NCBI GenBank assembly: GCA_963677595.1
Contig: OY782041.1
Location: 2,496,001 to 2,560,000 of the forward strand
Reading direction: 5' to 3'
DNA from: Spirochaetia bacterium
GTDB lineage: Bacteria; Spirochaetota; Spirochaetia; CAKZLE01
DNA: 64,000 bases
Made by a program: the position numbers and the translations under genes. Below, piece by piece: positions 11,262-21,168 of the stretch (position 1 is its first letter; the number at the start of each line of letters is the position of its first letter). Under the pieces are notes generated by a model. The model saw nothing but the letters and a program-made list of their open reading frames with translations. It did no database searches and was not told the origin of the DNA.

Positions 11262-12395
11262 ATGAGGCTTACAGCATATGAATATCATGGGAATGATGAT
11301 ATAGATTGGGATATCCCTCCCATTCCTTTGAAAAGGATAAATCTCATTGTAGGCGATTCTGGAGTTGGTAAAACCCGGTTCATCAACACTATCTCAAACT
11401 TATGCATACAAGTGATCACTGACAAATTACGATTCCCTGGAGAATGGGATATACACTTTGTTGTTCATCAAAAGACATATAATTGGAACTTGAAAGTCGT
11501 CTCAACAAATGACTCCTTTGAAGTTGAAAAGGACAATCTCTTTCAGATCACTCCTGAAGGTGAGAAGAAAGAGATAATCATACGAGACAGGAACAGATTC
11601 ATCTTTCTAGGAAAAGAGCTCCCAAAACTGGCTTACACAGGATCTAGTATCTCATTATTGAAAAATGAAGAGCTTATTGATGAGATCTTTATCGGTTTTC
11701 AAAAAGTACTCACCCGAAGGTTCTTCAATGCCGAATTGACTGAGAATTTCAATATAAGGCAGGTGCCAAAGAAGCAAATCGCAGAACTGAAGAAAAACAG
11801 GTCAGTCCAGGATCTGTTTGCATCAAATATTGGGTTCCATAGGAAAATAGCACTGTTAAAATCCTTTGATAACCAAAAATATGAACGACTCATCCAATTC
11901 TATACAGATAGTTTCCCTTTTATCAAACGATTCGAAGTCCTGAATATCACGCAGGCCTCTGGAGGTGATGTTGAAATACATATTGATAGTCCTGTGTTAT
12001 GTTTCTATGAGAACAATGTAGATAACCCGATCATTGTCAACGACATCTCCTCCGGGATGCAAAAACTGTTTCTATTGGGATTGGATATCATGCTCATGGA
12101 GGATGGGGGAATCCTGATCATAGATGAATATGAGAATTCACTGGGTATAAATGCCTTAGACAATCTACCGGATCTGATGCTGTTGTTGAATGAGAACAGT
12201 CAATTCATCCTGAGTAGTCATCACCCCTATATAATCAATACGATACCCATTGACAATTGGTTGGTATTTAACAGGTCTGGAACATCCTTGAAGATAAAAA
12301 CCGGAGATGAGATAAAAAAGAGGTACGGAAGGTCCAAACAAGAACAGTTCATCCAATTGATCAATGATCCTTTCTATAAAGAAGGTATTGAGTGA
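11262..12395 (+). CDS. ABC-type AAA_15/AAA_21-like ATPase
   Basis: INLIVGDSGVGKT (Walker A), SSGMQK signature, ILIIDEYENSL (Walker B), FILSSHHP. Confidence 0.85.
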   Translation: MRLTAYEYHGNDDIDWDIPPIPLKRINLIVGDSGVGKTRFINTISNLCIQVITDKLRFPGEWDIHFVVHQKTYNWNLKVVSTNDSFEVEKDNLFQITPEGEKKEIIIRDRNRFIFLGKELPKLAYTGSSISLLKNEELIDEIFIGFQKVLTRRFFNAELTENFNIRQVPKKQIAELKKNRSVQDLFASNIGFHRKIALLKSFDNQKYERLIQFYTDSFPFIKRFEVLNITQASGGDVEIHIDSPVLCFYENNVDNPIIVNDISSGMQKLFLLGLDIMLMEDGGILIIDEYENSLGINALDNLPDLMLLLNENSQFILSSHHPYIINTIPIDNWLVFNRSGTSLKIKTGDEIKKRYGRSKQEQFIQLINDPFYKEGIE

Positions 12396-13060
12396 ATTAC
12401 CTGATCGTTGTTGAAGGAGCCAGTACAGAAACGAAGATATATCCGTATTGGATTAAGTTACTGAATCCAGAACTATCAGAAGTCGCGTATATCACCGATA
12501 TCACTGAGAACAACTTTTACATAGTTTCAGGACATGGATACCCCCAATATCTAGGAATAATCGATCATGCGATCGAAGATATGCAGAGTATGAGCCATAT
12601 TGACAAATTGGTGATCGCGGTCGATTCTGAAACTCTTTCTTACCAGGAAAAGTTTGATGAGATTGAGCGTTATATCAATGGCAGGGTGGCCCCTGCTCAT
12701 TATGCTATTATTATCCAGCATTGCTGCATTGAGTCGTGGACATTAGGGAATCGGCTCATAATCAAAAGGAATCCGCAAGACCGGGAACTGAGAGAGTTCA
12801 TCAGGTTTTATGATGTCACGGTGAATGACCCTGAGGAGATGGAATCCATTAATGAGGACGTATATAATAAGGCACAATTTGCATATGCGTACTTTAAGAA
12901 GTCATGTAATGATAGGTGGAAGAATCTCACATACACCAAAAGGAATCCACATGTTGTCCTGAATGAGAAGTTCTTCAAGCAGATGTGCAAGCGATTAGAA
13001 GAGACAGGACATATACAGAGTTTTAGGACCTTTCTTGATACATTCTCAGTTGCCTGTTGA
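12392..13060 (+). CDS. Toprim-like (RloB/DUF4276-like) putative nuclease
   Basis: N-terminal IVVEG..TE, later AVDSE and CIESW.LG; GTGA overlap with the ATPase. Confidence 0.55.
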   Translation: MNYLIVVEGASTETKIYPYWIKLLNPELSEVAYITDITENNFYIVSGHGYPQYLGIIDHAIEDMQSMSHIDKLVIAVDSETLSYQEKFDEIERYINGRVAPAHYAIIIQHCCIESWTLGNRLIIKRNPQDRELREFIRFYDVTVNDPEEMESINEDVYNKAQFAYAYFKKSCNDRWKNLTYTKRNPHVVLNEKFFKQMCKRLEETGHIQSFRTFLDTFSVAC

Positions 13061-13093
13061 GGCCACTGAATACCATGTAAAATCATAAAACAG

Positions 13094-13105
13094 CTAGTAG
13101 CTGAA
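13094..13105 (+). repeat. 12-bp direct repeat, right copy
   Basis: CTAGTAGCTGAA equals the last four codons (F-S-Y-stop) of the minus-strand kinase gene. Confidence 0.75.
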
Positions 13106-14779
13106 CCTGCTCCCACCGATGAATTCCCTCAGTAGGGAGTTCTTCGGGACATGCTCCGGCGGGATCTGGTAGAAGTTCTCCAGGAAGGCCATCAGCCGCT
13201 GGGCCTCGGTATAGGCCGTGTCTGACGGCTTGATCGATTTCAGCAGCGGTTCTGCATAGATCTTCAGGACTGCCAGTTCATAGTCAAGGGCGGAGTTGAA
13301 CGCCTCGTCCGCGTTGTTCTGGTAGGGGAAGATGTAGTGCTTCTCCCCCCGGTGGACCGAGGGCCACATCCCGATGGTACTCCTGGCCGACATACCCCTG
13401 AACAGGTGGTCCCGGACGATGCGCCTGATCATCCGGTTGTCGGTGGTAGAGATCCTGTTGTGGTCATCAAGGTTGAGCTGGGTCAATGCCGAGATATAGA
13501 TCTGGTACTTGGCTTCACGGGGGATCGCCGGGGTGAGTCCCGGGTTCAGGCCGTGGATCCCCTCCATGATGATCAGGCTGTTCTCCTTGAGCTGCAGCTT
13601 CGTTCCCGTGGTACTGCGGGCATGGGAGATGAAGTCGAACTCGATGAGGTCGATGGCTTTCCCGGCGAAGAGGTCGAGCAGGTCCTCGTTGACCTTCTGG
13701 ACATCGATGGCCTCCAGCGCTTCCAGGTCAGGGTTCCCCTCTTCGTCCAGGGGAGCCTTCGATGGCGGGAGGTAGTAGTTGTCCAGCGAGATCTCGATCG
13801 GCTCGAACCCGAGGACCTTCAGCTGGATCCCGAGCTTCTTGGTGAAGGTCGTCTTCCCCGAGGACGAGGGCCCTGCGATCAGGACCGTCTTCACCGTCCC
13901 CTTCCGAGAAGCGATGTTCTCGGCGATCCTGGAGATCTTCTTGTTCTGGTATGCCTCGGAGATCTGGATGAACTCAGGGGCCTTCCGGTCATCGCAGAGC
14001 CTGTTGAGCTGCCCGACGCAGTTGACGTTCACGATCGAGCCCCACTTCTTGTGGTCCTGGTAGACCCGGAAGAGGACAGGGTTGTCATCGAAGTCGCTGA
14101 GCTTCCGGAAGTCCTTCTCCCTCGGGTACCGCAGCAGCAGGCCGCTGCCGCCGTAGGCATTCACCTCGAACCGGTCTGCAAGACGGGTGTTCGGGATGAG
14201 CGGTTCATAGGCGAGGTCGAGGAAGCCGTCACACTCATAGAGCTGGATCTTCGGGTCGTTCTGGTAGGAGAGCAGCAGCGCGGTATCGCTGATACCCTTG
14301 GACTCGAAGAATTCCAGAGCCTCCCCGTAGGAGAAGAGAAGGTGCTGCACCGGGTAGCGGGCATGCTGGATCCTCCGCATCTCAGCCTCGATCAGTCCGG
14401 CTGTCTCTGCAGTGACCGGGAGCTCATCATCGAAGTTGAAGTAGTAGCCGTCCCCAAGGGAGTGGCCGATGACGAGCCTGCGATCCGGGATCACCCGTGA
14501 TGCGGCCATGGCCATGAAATAGCAGATCGAGTGACGGTAGATCCGCTTCCCGTAGTGGCTGAAGAGTCGGACAGGGGTGATGACCGCCGGGGTCTCGACC
14601 GGGGAGGCGAGGGACTGGAGGGAGTTGTTCACCAGGACACCGACGACCGGGTCGTCGTCATACTCCATCCGTTCGAGGTTGGGGTCTACGTGCCGTTTCA
14701 GCAGCGTCGAGATCCTGGTCCCGAAGGCCGCGACCACCTCGGTCCCGTTCGGCAGCTTGACGGTGACATCTCGCATCAT
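13094..14779 (-). CDS. Nucleoside (uridine) kinase with N-terminal ThrRS-like domains
   Basis: IAGPSSSGKTT, LDNYY, MEGIHGLNP, RRIVRD..FRG, FNSALDYEL; start chosen after GGAGG RBS. Confidence 0.88.
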   Translation of the reverse strand: MMRDVTVKLPNGTEVVAAFGTRISTLLKRHVDPNLERMEYDDDPVVGVLVNNSLQSLASPVETPAVITPVRLFSHYGKRIYRHSICYFMAMAASRVIPDRRLVIGHSLGDGYYFNFDDELPVTAETAGLIEAEMRRIQHARYPVQHLLFSYGEALEFFESKGISDTALLLSYQNDPKIQLYECDGFLDLAYEPLIPNTRLADRFEVNAYGGSGLLLRYPREKDFRKLSDFDDNPVLFRVYQDHKKWGSIVNVNCVGQLNRLCDDRKAPEFIQISEAYQNKKISRIAENIASRKGTVKTVLIAGPSSSGKTTFTKKLGIQLKVLGFEPIEISLDNYYLPPSKAPLDEEGNPDLEALEAIDVQKVNEDLLDLFAGKAIDLIEFDFISHARSTTGTKLQLKENSLIIMEGIHGLNPGLTPAIPREAKYQIYISALTQLNLDDHNRISTTDNRMIRRIVRDHLFRGMSARSTIGMWPSVHRGEKHYIFPYQNNADEAFNSALDYELAVLKIYAEPLLKSIKPSDTAYTEAQRLMAFLENFYQIPPEHVPKNSLLREFIGGSRFSY

Positions 14780-14970
14780 AATCGTTCGTACCTCCCTGGT
14801 ACCATGCCTCGGTTTGACCTGCATGGTGTATCGTAAGTATACCAGATTTCTCCCGTATCGCGGGATGTTTTTAGCCTCGCACCAGCTCACTCAGGTTCCG
14901 CGGTGAGGCCTCAGGACGGGAGGCCCCCGTCAAACTGCGATGATTTCCGTAAAAAGGTTGGGAATAAACC

Positions 14971-14999
14971 TTTACTAGACAGGCATCTTCCTGTACTAT
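14971..14999 (+). promoter_or_regulatory. Candidate sigma70 promoter upstream of the aminotransferase leader
   Basis: TTTACT-N17-TACTAT. Confidence 0.45.
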
Positions 15000-15066
15000 A
15001 CCGGATACAGCCTTCTGTGTATGGCCATGAGCCATGGGCTGAATCTTGCAGTGGAGTGTGTACAGA

Positions 15067-15153
15067 ATGAAGAACATACTGATCCTAAACAATCTTATGG
15101 CAGTCGTCAGGGGAGCACAGGCCCTTTACGCAGCAGCGGCTTGCCGCTGTTAA
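15067..15153 (+). CDS. Putative 28-aa Ala-rich leader peptide
   Basis: MKNILILNNLMAVVRGAQALYAAAACRC; GGAG upstream; the Ala run overlaps a hairpin. Confidence 0.3.
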   Translation: MKNILILNNLMAVVRGAQALYAAAACRC

Positions 15154-15208
15154 CATCCTTTCAAACCACCAAACAAAAAAACCATAAGATCAGTACAGGA
15201 GGATTACT

Positions 15209-16411
15209 ATGCATCTGTCCAGACGTATAGAAGCTTTTGAGGCTTCACCAATAAGAAGATTACGCCCCTACGCCGACAAGGCAAAAGCTGAAGGCAAGAA
15301 AGTATACCATCTCAATATCGGGCAGCCCGATATCCTGACCCCGAGGGAACTCGTCGATGCAGTCAGGAACATCGACCTCGACGTGCTTGCCTACGGGCCG
15401 TCTGACGGGCTTGACGAGTACCGCGAGGCACTCCCCGCATATTACCGGCGCCACGGGATAGACCTGCAGCCTGAGAACATCATGGTCACCACGGGAGGGA
15501 GCGAGGCGATCCTCTTCACCTTCATGACCCTATGCGACCCCGGCGACGAGATCATCATCCCTGAACCCTTCTATACTAACTTCGGTGGGTTCGCACGGAT
15601 GGCCGGGATCACCCTGGTCCCGATCACTGCGGACCTGGAGAAGGGCTTCAAGCTCCCTTCGGTCTCCTCCTTTGCCGAGAAGGTCACCGACAGGACGCGG
15701 GCGGTCATGATCTGCAACCCAGGAAACCCTACCGGCCATGTCTATACCGAAGAAGACCTCTCACAGCTCGCTGACCTCGTCAGGGAGCATGATCTCTATC
15801 TCATAGCGGATGAGGTCTACCGTGAGTTCGTCTATGACGGTGCGAAGCATACGAGCGTCCTCTCGATCGAGGGGATCGAGGACCGGACCGTCATGGTCGA
15901 CAGTATCTCGAAACGCTACAGCGCCTGCGGGGCGAGGATCGGGTTCCTCATCTCACGCAACCTCGACATCCTGGCCTCAGCCCTCAAGCTCGGTCAGTCG
16001 CGGCTCTGCCCTCCCCATGTGGAGCAGGTAGCGGCCCTGGCGGCGATCAGGACCCCACAGTCCTATATGGATGAGGTCCTCAAGGAGTACCAGAAACGCC
16101 GTGATATCGTGTCGAACGCCTTGGAAGGGATTCCGGGTGTCCTGCACAGCCATCCCCATGGTGCCTTCTACATCATCGCGAGACTGCCGGTACCCAGCGC
16201 CGAGGATTTCGCCATCTTCCTCCTCGAGGAGTTCGACGTGAACGGGGAGACCGTCATGTTCGCCCCGGCATCAGGCTTCTATGCTACCGAGGGGCTGGGC
16301 CTCCAGGAGATCAGGATCGCCTATGTCCTCAACGAGCACGACCTGAAAGCCTCCATGAACATCCTCAAAGAGGGGTTGGCTGCATACCAGAAGAAGCTGG
16401 CCGGCCAGTAG
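15209..16411 (+). CDS. PLP-dependent class I/II aminotransferase (aspartate/alanine aminotransferase-like)
   Basis: HLNIGQPD, NPGNPTG, ADEVYREF, DSISKRYSACGARIG. Confidence 0.92.
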   Translation: MHLSRRIEAFEASPIRRLRPYADKAKAEGKKVYHLNIGQPDILTPRELVDAVRNIDLDVLAYGPSDGLDEYREALPAYYRRHGIDLQPENIMVTTGGSEAILFTFMTLCDPGDEIIIPEPFYTNFGGFARMAGITLVPITADLEKGFKLPSVSSFAEKVTDRTRAVMICNPGNPTGHVYTEEDLSQLADLVREHDLYLIADEVYREFVYDGAKHTSVLSIEGIEDRTVMVDSISKRYSACGARIGFLISRNLDILASALKLGQSRLCPPHVEQVAALAAIRTPQSYMDEVLKEYQKRRDIVSNALEGIPGVLHSHPHGAFYIIARLPVPSAEDFAIFLLEEFDVNGETVMFAPASGFYATEGLGLQEIRIAYVLNEHDLKASMNILKEGLAAYQKKLAGQ

Positions 16412-16555
16412 TACCTCAACCACCGGCACCGCTGAGAGATCAGTGGTGCCCAAGTTCCCTCAGACATTCACCGCATGCCCATCTGCGGCATCTGGACCGT
16501 ACTCGGTTTTCGTGACATACTCTCCCGTAGTATAGCGAACAACAGAGAGGTATAT

Positions 16556-17866
16556 ATGAGACTGCGACCGGACCGACCCTTCAATCCTGCATCCTTCCCC
16601 GTCTACTACGGCTGGATCCTGCTGCCCATCGCGGTGATGGGGGTGTTGATGAGCATGCCCGGCCAGACTGCCGGGTTCAGTGCCTTCACCGAATCGATCC
16701 TGGCCTTCACCGGGTTCACCAGGACGCAGCTCTCCCTCTACTATATGATCGGGACCATCTCGAGCGGGTTCATCCTCCCCCTGATGGGGAAGCTGCTGGA
16801 CCGCTGGGGCAGCAGGAACATGATCATCTTCGCATCCGTCATGCTGGGGATCACGCTCTTCTGGCTCAGCTGGATGGACCGGATCGCCTCCCTCTTCCCC
16901 ATGGTCTCCTCCGGGGTCACCTACACGATCCTGATGGTCATCGGGATCTTCTGTCTCCGGTTCTTCGGGCAGGGACTGCTCCCGATGTCCTCGAACACCA
17001 TGGTCGGGAAATGGTTCGACCGCAAGAGGGGCAGGGCTGTGGCCATCATGGGGGTAGTCAACACCTTAGCCTTCTCAGCTACCCCTGCCGTGATGGCAGC
17101 CCTGGTCTCCGCTCTTGCCTGGAATGGGGCGTGGAGACTGCTTGCCGGCATCACGGGGATCGGGATGGCCCTGATCGGCTGGGCCTTCTTCCGGGATACT
17201 CCTGAGGCCTGTGGGCTGCAGGTCGATGGGGAGACCCTGGAACACCTGGATGGTGAGAACAAGAAGGCTGAGATCACCGGTGCGACCGTCTCTGATGCCA
17301 TACGCTTCAGGACCTTCTGGGCGATCATGCTCGTGCTTGGTACCGGTTCCCTGGTGATCACCGGCATCACCTTCCATATCCAGGCGATCGGGGTGCAGGC
17401 AGGGATGACGCTGCAGAAGGCTGTGGCTATCTTCATCCCGGTATCCTTCATCGCGATCCCGGTCAGTTTCATCTCAGCCATGCTTACCGAGCGGATCCAT
17501 GTGCGCATCCTGGTCTCCCTGATGGCCTTCAGCCAGCTGCTGGCATACCTCTCGATCTCCATGCTCCATACGAGCTACGGGTACATCCTGACGATCATCG
17601 GCTTAGGCTTCTCGAACGGTCTCACGGGAACGATACAGACGGCGGTGGTCGCCAAGATCTTCGGGAGGAAGTACCTCGGGAGCATCAACGGGGTAGTGAT
17701 CTCGGTCATGGTCATCGGGAGTGCGATCGGCCCGGTCTTCATCTCCGCTGTCAATGATATCGTGGGCTCCCTCCGTACCGGGGTGACCATCATGGGGATC
17801 CTCCCGGTGATCAGCCTGATCCTCTCCTACAAGATGCCCGAGCACATCGATCATGCATCCGCATGA
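16556..17866 (+). CDS. MFS transporter
   Basis: About 12 hydrophobic segments; GKLLDRWGSR and KWFDRKRGRA motifs. Confidence 0.9.
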   Translation: MRLRPDRPFNPASFPVYYGWILLPIAVMGVLMSMPGQTAGFSAFTESILAFTGFTRTQLSLYYMIGTISSGFILPLMGKLLDRWGSRNMIIFASVMLGITLFWLSWMDRIASLFPMVSSGVTYTILMVIGIFCLRFFGQGLLPMSSNTMVGKWFDRKRGRAVAIMGVVNTLAFSATPAVMAALVSALAWNGAWRLLAGITGIGMALIGWAFFRDTPEACGLQVDGETLEHLDGENKKAEITGATVSDAIRFRTFWAIMLVLGTGSLVITGITFHIQAIGVQAGMTLQKAVAIFIPVSFIAIPVSFISAMLTERIHVRILVSLMAFSQLLAYLSISMLHTSYGYILTIIGLGFSNGLTGTIQTAVVAKIFGRKYLGSINGVVISVMVIGSAIGPVFISAVNDIVGSLRTGVTIMGILPVISLILSYKMPEHIDHASA

Positions 17867-18696
17867 TAACTGCTCCGGGTGAACGGGGAGGCCATGACCC
17901 AGTCGAACCCGAGCTCATGGGCCGTGCGGTCCCACCACTCGAACTTCTCCGGCGTCACATACTCCTGGACCTCCAGTGAGTCCTTGTCAGGCCTGAGGTA
18001 CTGCCCCATCGCGACCCTCGTGCAGCCTGAGGCACGCAGGTCCTTCAGCACCGCTATGACCTCTTCCTCGGTCTCCCCGAGACCGAGCATGATCGATGAC
18101 TTGACCGGGGTGCCCGGGAATCGTTCAGAAGCAAGCTTCAGCAGGTTCAGGGAACGCTCATAGACCCCTCCCGGCCTGGCAGTCCGGTAGAGGCTCGGGA
18201 CCGTCTCGATGTTATGGCTGAAGACGAAGGGCAGGGCAGGTGCGAGGAGTTCCAGTGACTCCGCCTGGGAATCCCTGAAGTCGGGGGTGAGGATCTCGAA
18301 CCGCATCCCGGGGTCCTGTTCCCTGCAGGCTGCCATGACGTCCCTGAACTGGGCAGCTCCCCCGTCGGGGAGGTCGTCCCGGTCCACACTGGTGATGACC
18401 AGGTAGGTGATGCCAAGCTCCTGCGTCATCTGTGCCACCCGTGACGGCTCGGTCGGGTCCGGCGGTTCCGGTCTCCCGTGCCCCACGGCGCAGAACGGGC
18501 AGTTCCGCGTGCAGATGTTCCCCAGGATGAGTACCGTAGCAGTCCCCCGCGACCAGCACTCCCCCTTGTTCGGGCATCTGGCATTGGTACAGATGGTCTG
18601 GATCCCATGTTCCTGGAGGATCTCGTCGGTGGTCATGAACGACCGGTTATACTGCATCTTCTTCCTGATCCATTCAGGCAGACGTTTGGATGCCAT
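17851..18696 (-). CDS. lipA: Lipoyl synthase
   Basis: CTNARCPNKGEC, CTRNCPFC, ITSVDRDDL, HNIETV, RSSYHA. Confidence 0.96.
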   Translation of the reverse strand: MASKRLPEWIRKKMQYNRSFMTTDEILQEHGIQTICTNARCPNKGECWSRGTATVLILGNICTRNCPFCAVGHGRPEPPDPTEPSRVAQMTQELGITYLVITSVDRDDLPDGGAAQFRDVMAACREQDPGMRFEILTPDFRDSQAESLELLAPALPFVFSHNIETVPSLYRTARPGGVYERSLNLLKLASERFPGTPVKSSIMLGLGETEEEVIAVLKDLRASGCTRVAMGQYLRPDKDSLEVQEYVTPEKFEWWDRTAHELGFDWVMASPFTRSSYHADA

Positions 18697-18698
18697 AC

Positions 18699-19406
18699 TC
18701 AACTCCTTATAAGTGGGTTCTCTTCGAGGAACCGGATGCAGCACGCTTCGATGAACTGCTTGTTCTCGTCCATGGTGTCCCTTCGGGTACCCTGCTGCTC
18801 CATGCTGGTCATCTCGACCCCCTCGAGACCGCAGGGGACGATCGACCGGAAGAGACTCAGGTCGTTCGCGATGTTCATGGCGATGCCGTGCATCGTCACA
18901 CCCTTGACGATCTGCACCCCGACCGATGCGAGCTTGCGCTCCCCGACCCAGACCCCAGGGAGGCGGTTGCGCCGGTGAGCCTCGAACCCGTAGCGGTCAG
19001 CCAGCTGTATACAGAGGTCCTCGAGGAACCGTATATAGGGTACGACCCGGATCCTGCGGGATGGGATCTTCATGATCGGGTAGACCACCAGCTGCCCCGG
19101 GTTATGGGCGGTCACCCCGCCTCCCCGGTTGATCTGCACGATCTCGACACCCTGTGCCTTCAGGGTCTCCTCCTCGACGAGGAGACGGTTCTTCTCCTTC
19201 CGTATCCCCAGCGTCAGGACCGGGGGGTGCTCCAGAAGGAGGATCGTATCAGGGATACGATCCTCTATCCTGAGCTTCTGCAGTTCTGTTTGCAGTTCCA
19301 GTGCCGGTACATAGGGGATGAGGCCCAAGTCAACGCACACATAGTCCTGGCCCTTAGACTCCAGCAGGAGGTCTATCAGGCTCTCTGAATCTTGGTAGAT
19401 GATCAT
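18699..19406 (-). CDS. lipB: Octanoyltransferase
   Basis: LLEHPPVLTLG, RGGGVTAHNPGQLVVYP, KLASVG, HGIAMN, IVPCG. Confidence 0.95.
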   Translation of the reverse strand: MIIYQDSESLIDLLLESKGQDYVCVDLGLIPYVPALELQTELQKLRIEDRIPDTILLLEHPPVLTLGIRKEKNRLLVEEETLKAQGVEIVQINRGGGVTAHNPGQLVVYPIMKIPSRRIRVVPYIRFLEDLCIQLADRYGFEAHRRNRLPGVWVGERKLASVGVQIVKGVTMHGIAMNIANDLSLFRSIVPCGLEGVEMTSMEQQGTRRDTMDENKQFIEACCIRFLEENPLIRS

Positions 19407-19533
19407 GCCCTATTCTGACACCGTTCTTGCCTGTTGTCAATTTAGAAAGTAAATACATAGATTAGCGAGTAAATACTAACTAAACTATTGTTTTTCAAGA
19501 CGACCGCACCTATACTGGTGGAGAGGGAAAGGA

Positions 19534-20127
19534 GTGAAGATGCGAGAAGGAACAGCAGCGCTGCTGGTCATCGGCGTGATCGGGTTCTCGGTGACCTGCG
19601 GGGTCCTCGGGGGCTGCAGGCTCGGGAAGATCATTGTCGGGTTCACCGGGAGCGAGGAGCAGTTCATGACAGACCGGGTGGTCTGCCTGGTGAACGGGAT
19701 CTTCGAGTTGTCGCGTGAGATGATCCAGGGGGTGTATGGGACCGGGGAGCTTCAGTACCAGCTCCCGGAGGGGGCGAGCACGGCATGGGATGAGAGGACC
19801 GGCAGCTGTACCTGCACCTTCTCTCAGGTCCCCTTCGATGAGGGGAGGCAGGAGGTCAGCGGTTCCTACCTCCTCCAGGAGAAGCGCGATACCCTGGTGC
19901 ATGTGCTTCGGGCCGTCGTCTCCGGGAAGGACCTCGAACCGCTGGAGATCGAGCTGAACATGAGCGTGACCCGGCATCCGGGCCGGGCACCGGTATACAA
20001 GGTCACCCGGTGCAGGATCGATGGGGACCGCTTCCCGGGGAAGGTCCTCGAGGAGTGCCGGGCTGCCTATCACCCCTTCGAAGACCCGTTGATCCCGACA
20101 GCTGTCGGGAAGGAGGCAGATTCATGA
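19534..20127 (+). CDS. Hypothetical exported protein
   Basis: AAGGAG RBS, N-terminal hydrophobic stretch, ATGA overlap with the next gene. Confidence 0.6.
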   Translation: MKMREGTAALLVIGVIGFSVTCGVLGGCRLGKIIVGFTGSEEQFMTDRVVCLVNGIFELSREMIQGVYGTGELQYQLPEGASTAWDERTGSCTCTFSQVPFDEGRQEVSGSYLLQEKRDTLVHVLRAVVSGKDLEPLEIELNMSVTRHPGRAPVYKVTRCRIDGDRFPGKVLEECRAAYHPFEDPLIPTAVGKEADS

Positions 20128-20603
20128 GAGCCATAGCAGCGACACTGGTTGTGCTCCTCCTGTCCATCAGCTGTGTATCGACGGGAAGCGGCTGGGAACC
20201 TGGGCAGGGACCTCAGGTCTCCGAGGATGAGATACGGACCTGGGTCAGTGATGTCCTCAGCCTGCATGAAGCGGTACAGGAGGGCGGGAGTCCCGGCCTG
20301 AGCATGGATACGGCTGTCGGACCCGACGGGGAGCTCATCTGCACGGCAACTGCCTCAGGCTACCGCTCCCCCGACTCGGGGAACCTGCTTGACGGTACCC
20401 TGGTGACCGTCATGGCGGTGGATGACGCTACCAGCCTCCTTTCCCGGGTGGAGAGCTCGGTCAGCATGCTCATCAACGATGAGAGCAGCCTGGACCTGGA
20501 TTACGCGTATGACCTGGCAGCAGGCTGCTGCACCGTGACAGTCTGCTATGTGAACGGACAGCCCTATGACCCCGCTGTGGTCGAGGGACTGATTCTGCCC
20601 TGA
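20124..20603 (+). CDS. Hypothetical lipoprotein
   Basis: MRAIAATLVVLLLSISC lipobox-like signal; AGGAGG RBS. Confidence 0.65.
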   Translation: MRAIAATLVVLLLSISCVSTGSGWEPGQGPQVSEDEIRTWVSDVLSLHEAVQEGGSPGLSMDTAVGPDGELICTATASGYRSPDSGNLLDGTLVTVMAVDDATSLLSRVESSVSMLINDESSLDLDYAYDLAAGCCTVTVCYVNGQPYDPAVVEGLILP

Positions 20604-20642
20604 ACCCTGTACATCCGGCTGCTCTTTGTATAGAGTCAGGGT

Positions 20643-21062
20643 ATGGAGAGAGCCGGATCGTTCAGGAGATGCATCGCCTACCTCATTGACACCCTCGTGA
20701 CCATCCTGGTCCTCATCCCGTTCTGGGTCTGGTACATCACCGGGCTCCTCGGCCCCGAGAGCGGGATCTACCTGCTGGGCTACAGCCTCCTCATCCCCCT
20801 ATGCTGGGGTGCAGTGCAGCTGACCTGGTTCTCGCTCTGGTGGTCGGTCGCAGGAGGGACTCCGGGGATGCTGCTCCTCAGGCTCCGCCTGGTCGATGCT
20901 GCTGACGGCTCCCGAGCATCCCTGGCCCGGTCAATCCTGCGGTACCTGGCCCTTTCCCTCACCGCGCTCACCCTAGGCCTCGGGTTCCTCCCCTGTCTGT
21001 TCAGGGAAGACCACAAGGCACTGCATGACCTCGTCACTCATACATATATAATAAAGAACTAA
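20643..21062 (+). CDS. RDD family membrane protein
   Basis: RR..AYLID, GGTPGM.LL.LR.V, RSILRY, ALHDLVT.T. Confidence 0.88.
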   Translation: MERAGSFRRCIAYLIDTLVTILVLIPFWVWYITGLLGPESGIYLLGYSLLIPLCWGAVQLTWFSLWWSVAGGTPGMLLLRLRLVDAADGSRASLARSILRYLALSLTALTLGLGFLPCLFREDHKALHDLVTHTYIIKN

Positions 21063-21168
21063 GTAAAATATTTTATTTGCACTTTATCCTTATCTGTAAT
21101 ACTATATTACACAGAGTGAATAACCATGAATATGGTTGTTCACCGAAAAACCACATGTATAAGGAGCA

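Larger units (their letters stand above)
10973..13105. mobile_element. Lower-GC two-gene insertion bounded by 12-bp direct repeats
   Basis: Abrupt AT-rich composition relative to flanks; exact 12-bp repeat at both junctions; no recombinase inside. Confidence 0.65.

Noticed and set aside
13337-14500. 387-aa plus-strand ORF
   Set aside because: Antisense shadow of the nucleoside kinase gene; no motifs; common in high-GC coding DNA.
16425-16450. Hairpin after the aminotransferase as an intrinsic terminator
   Set aside because: Good stem but no U-tract; it may only be a stability or pause element.
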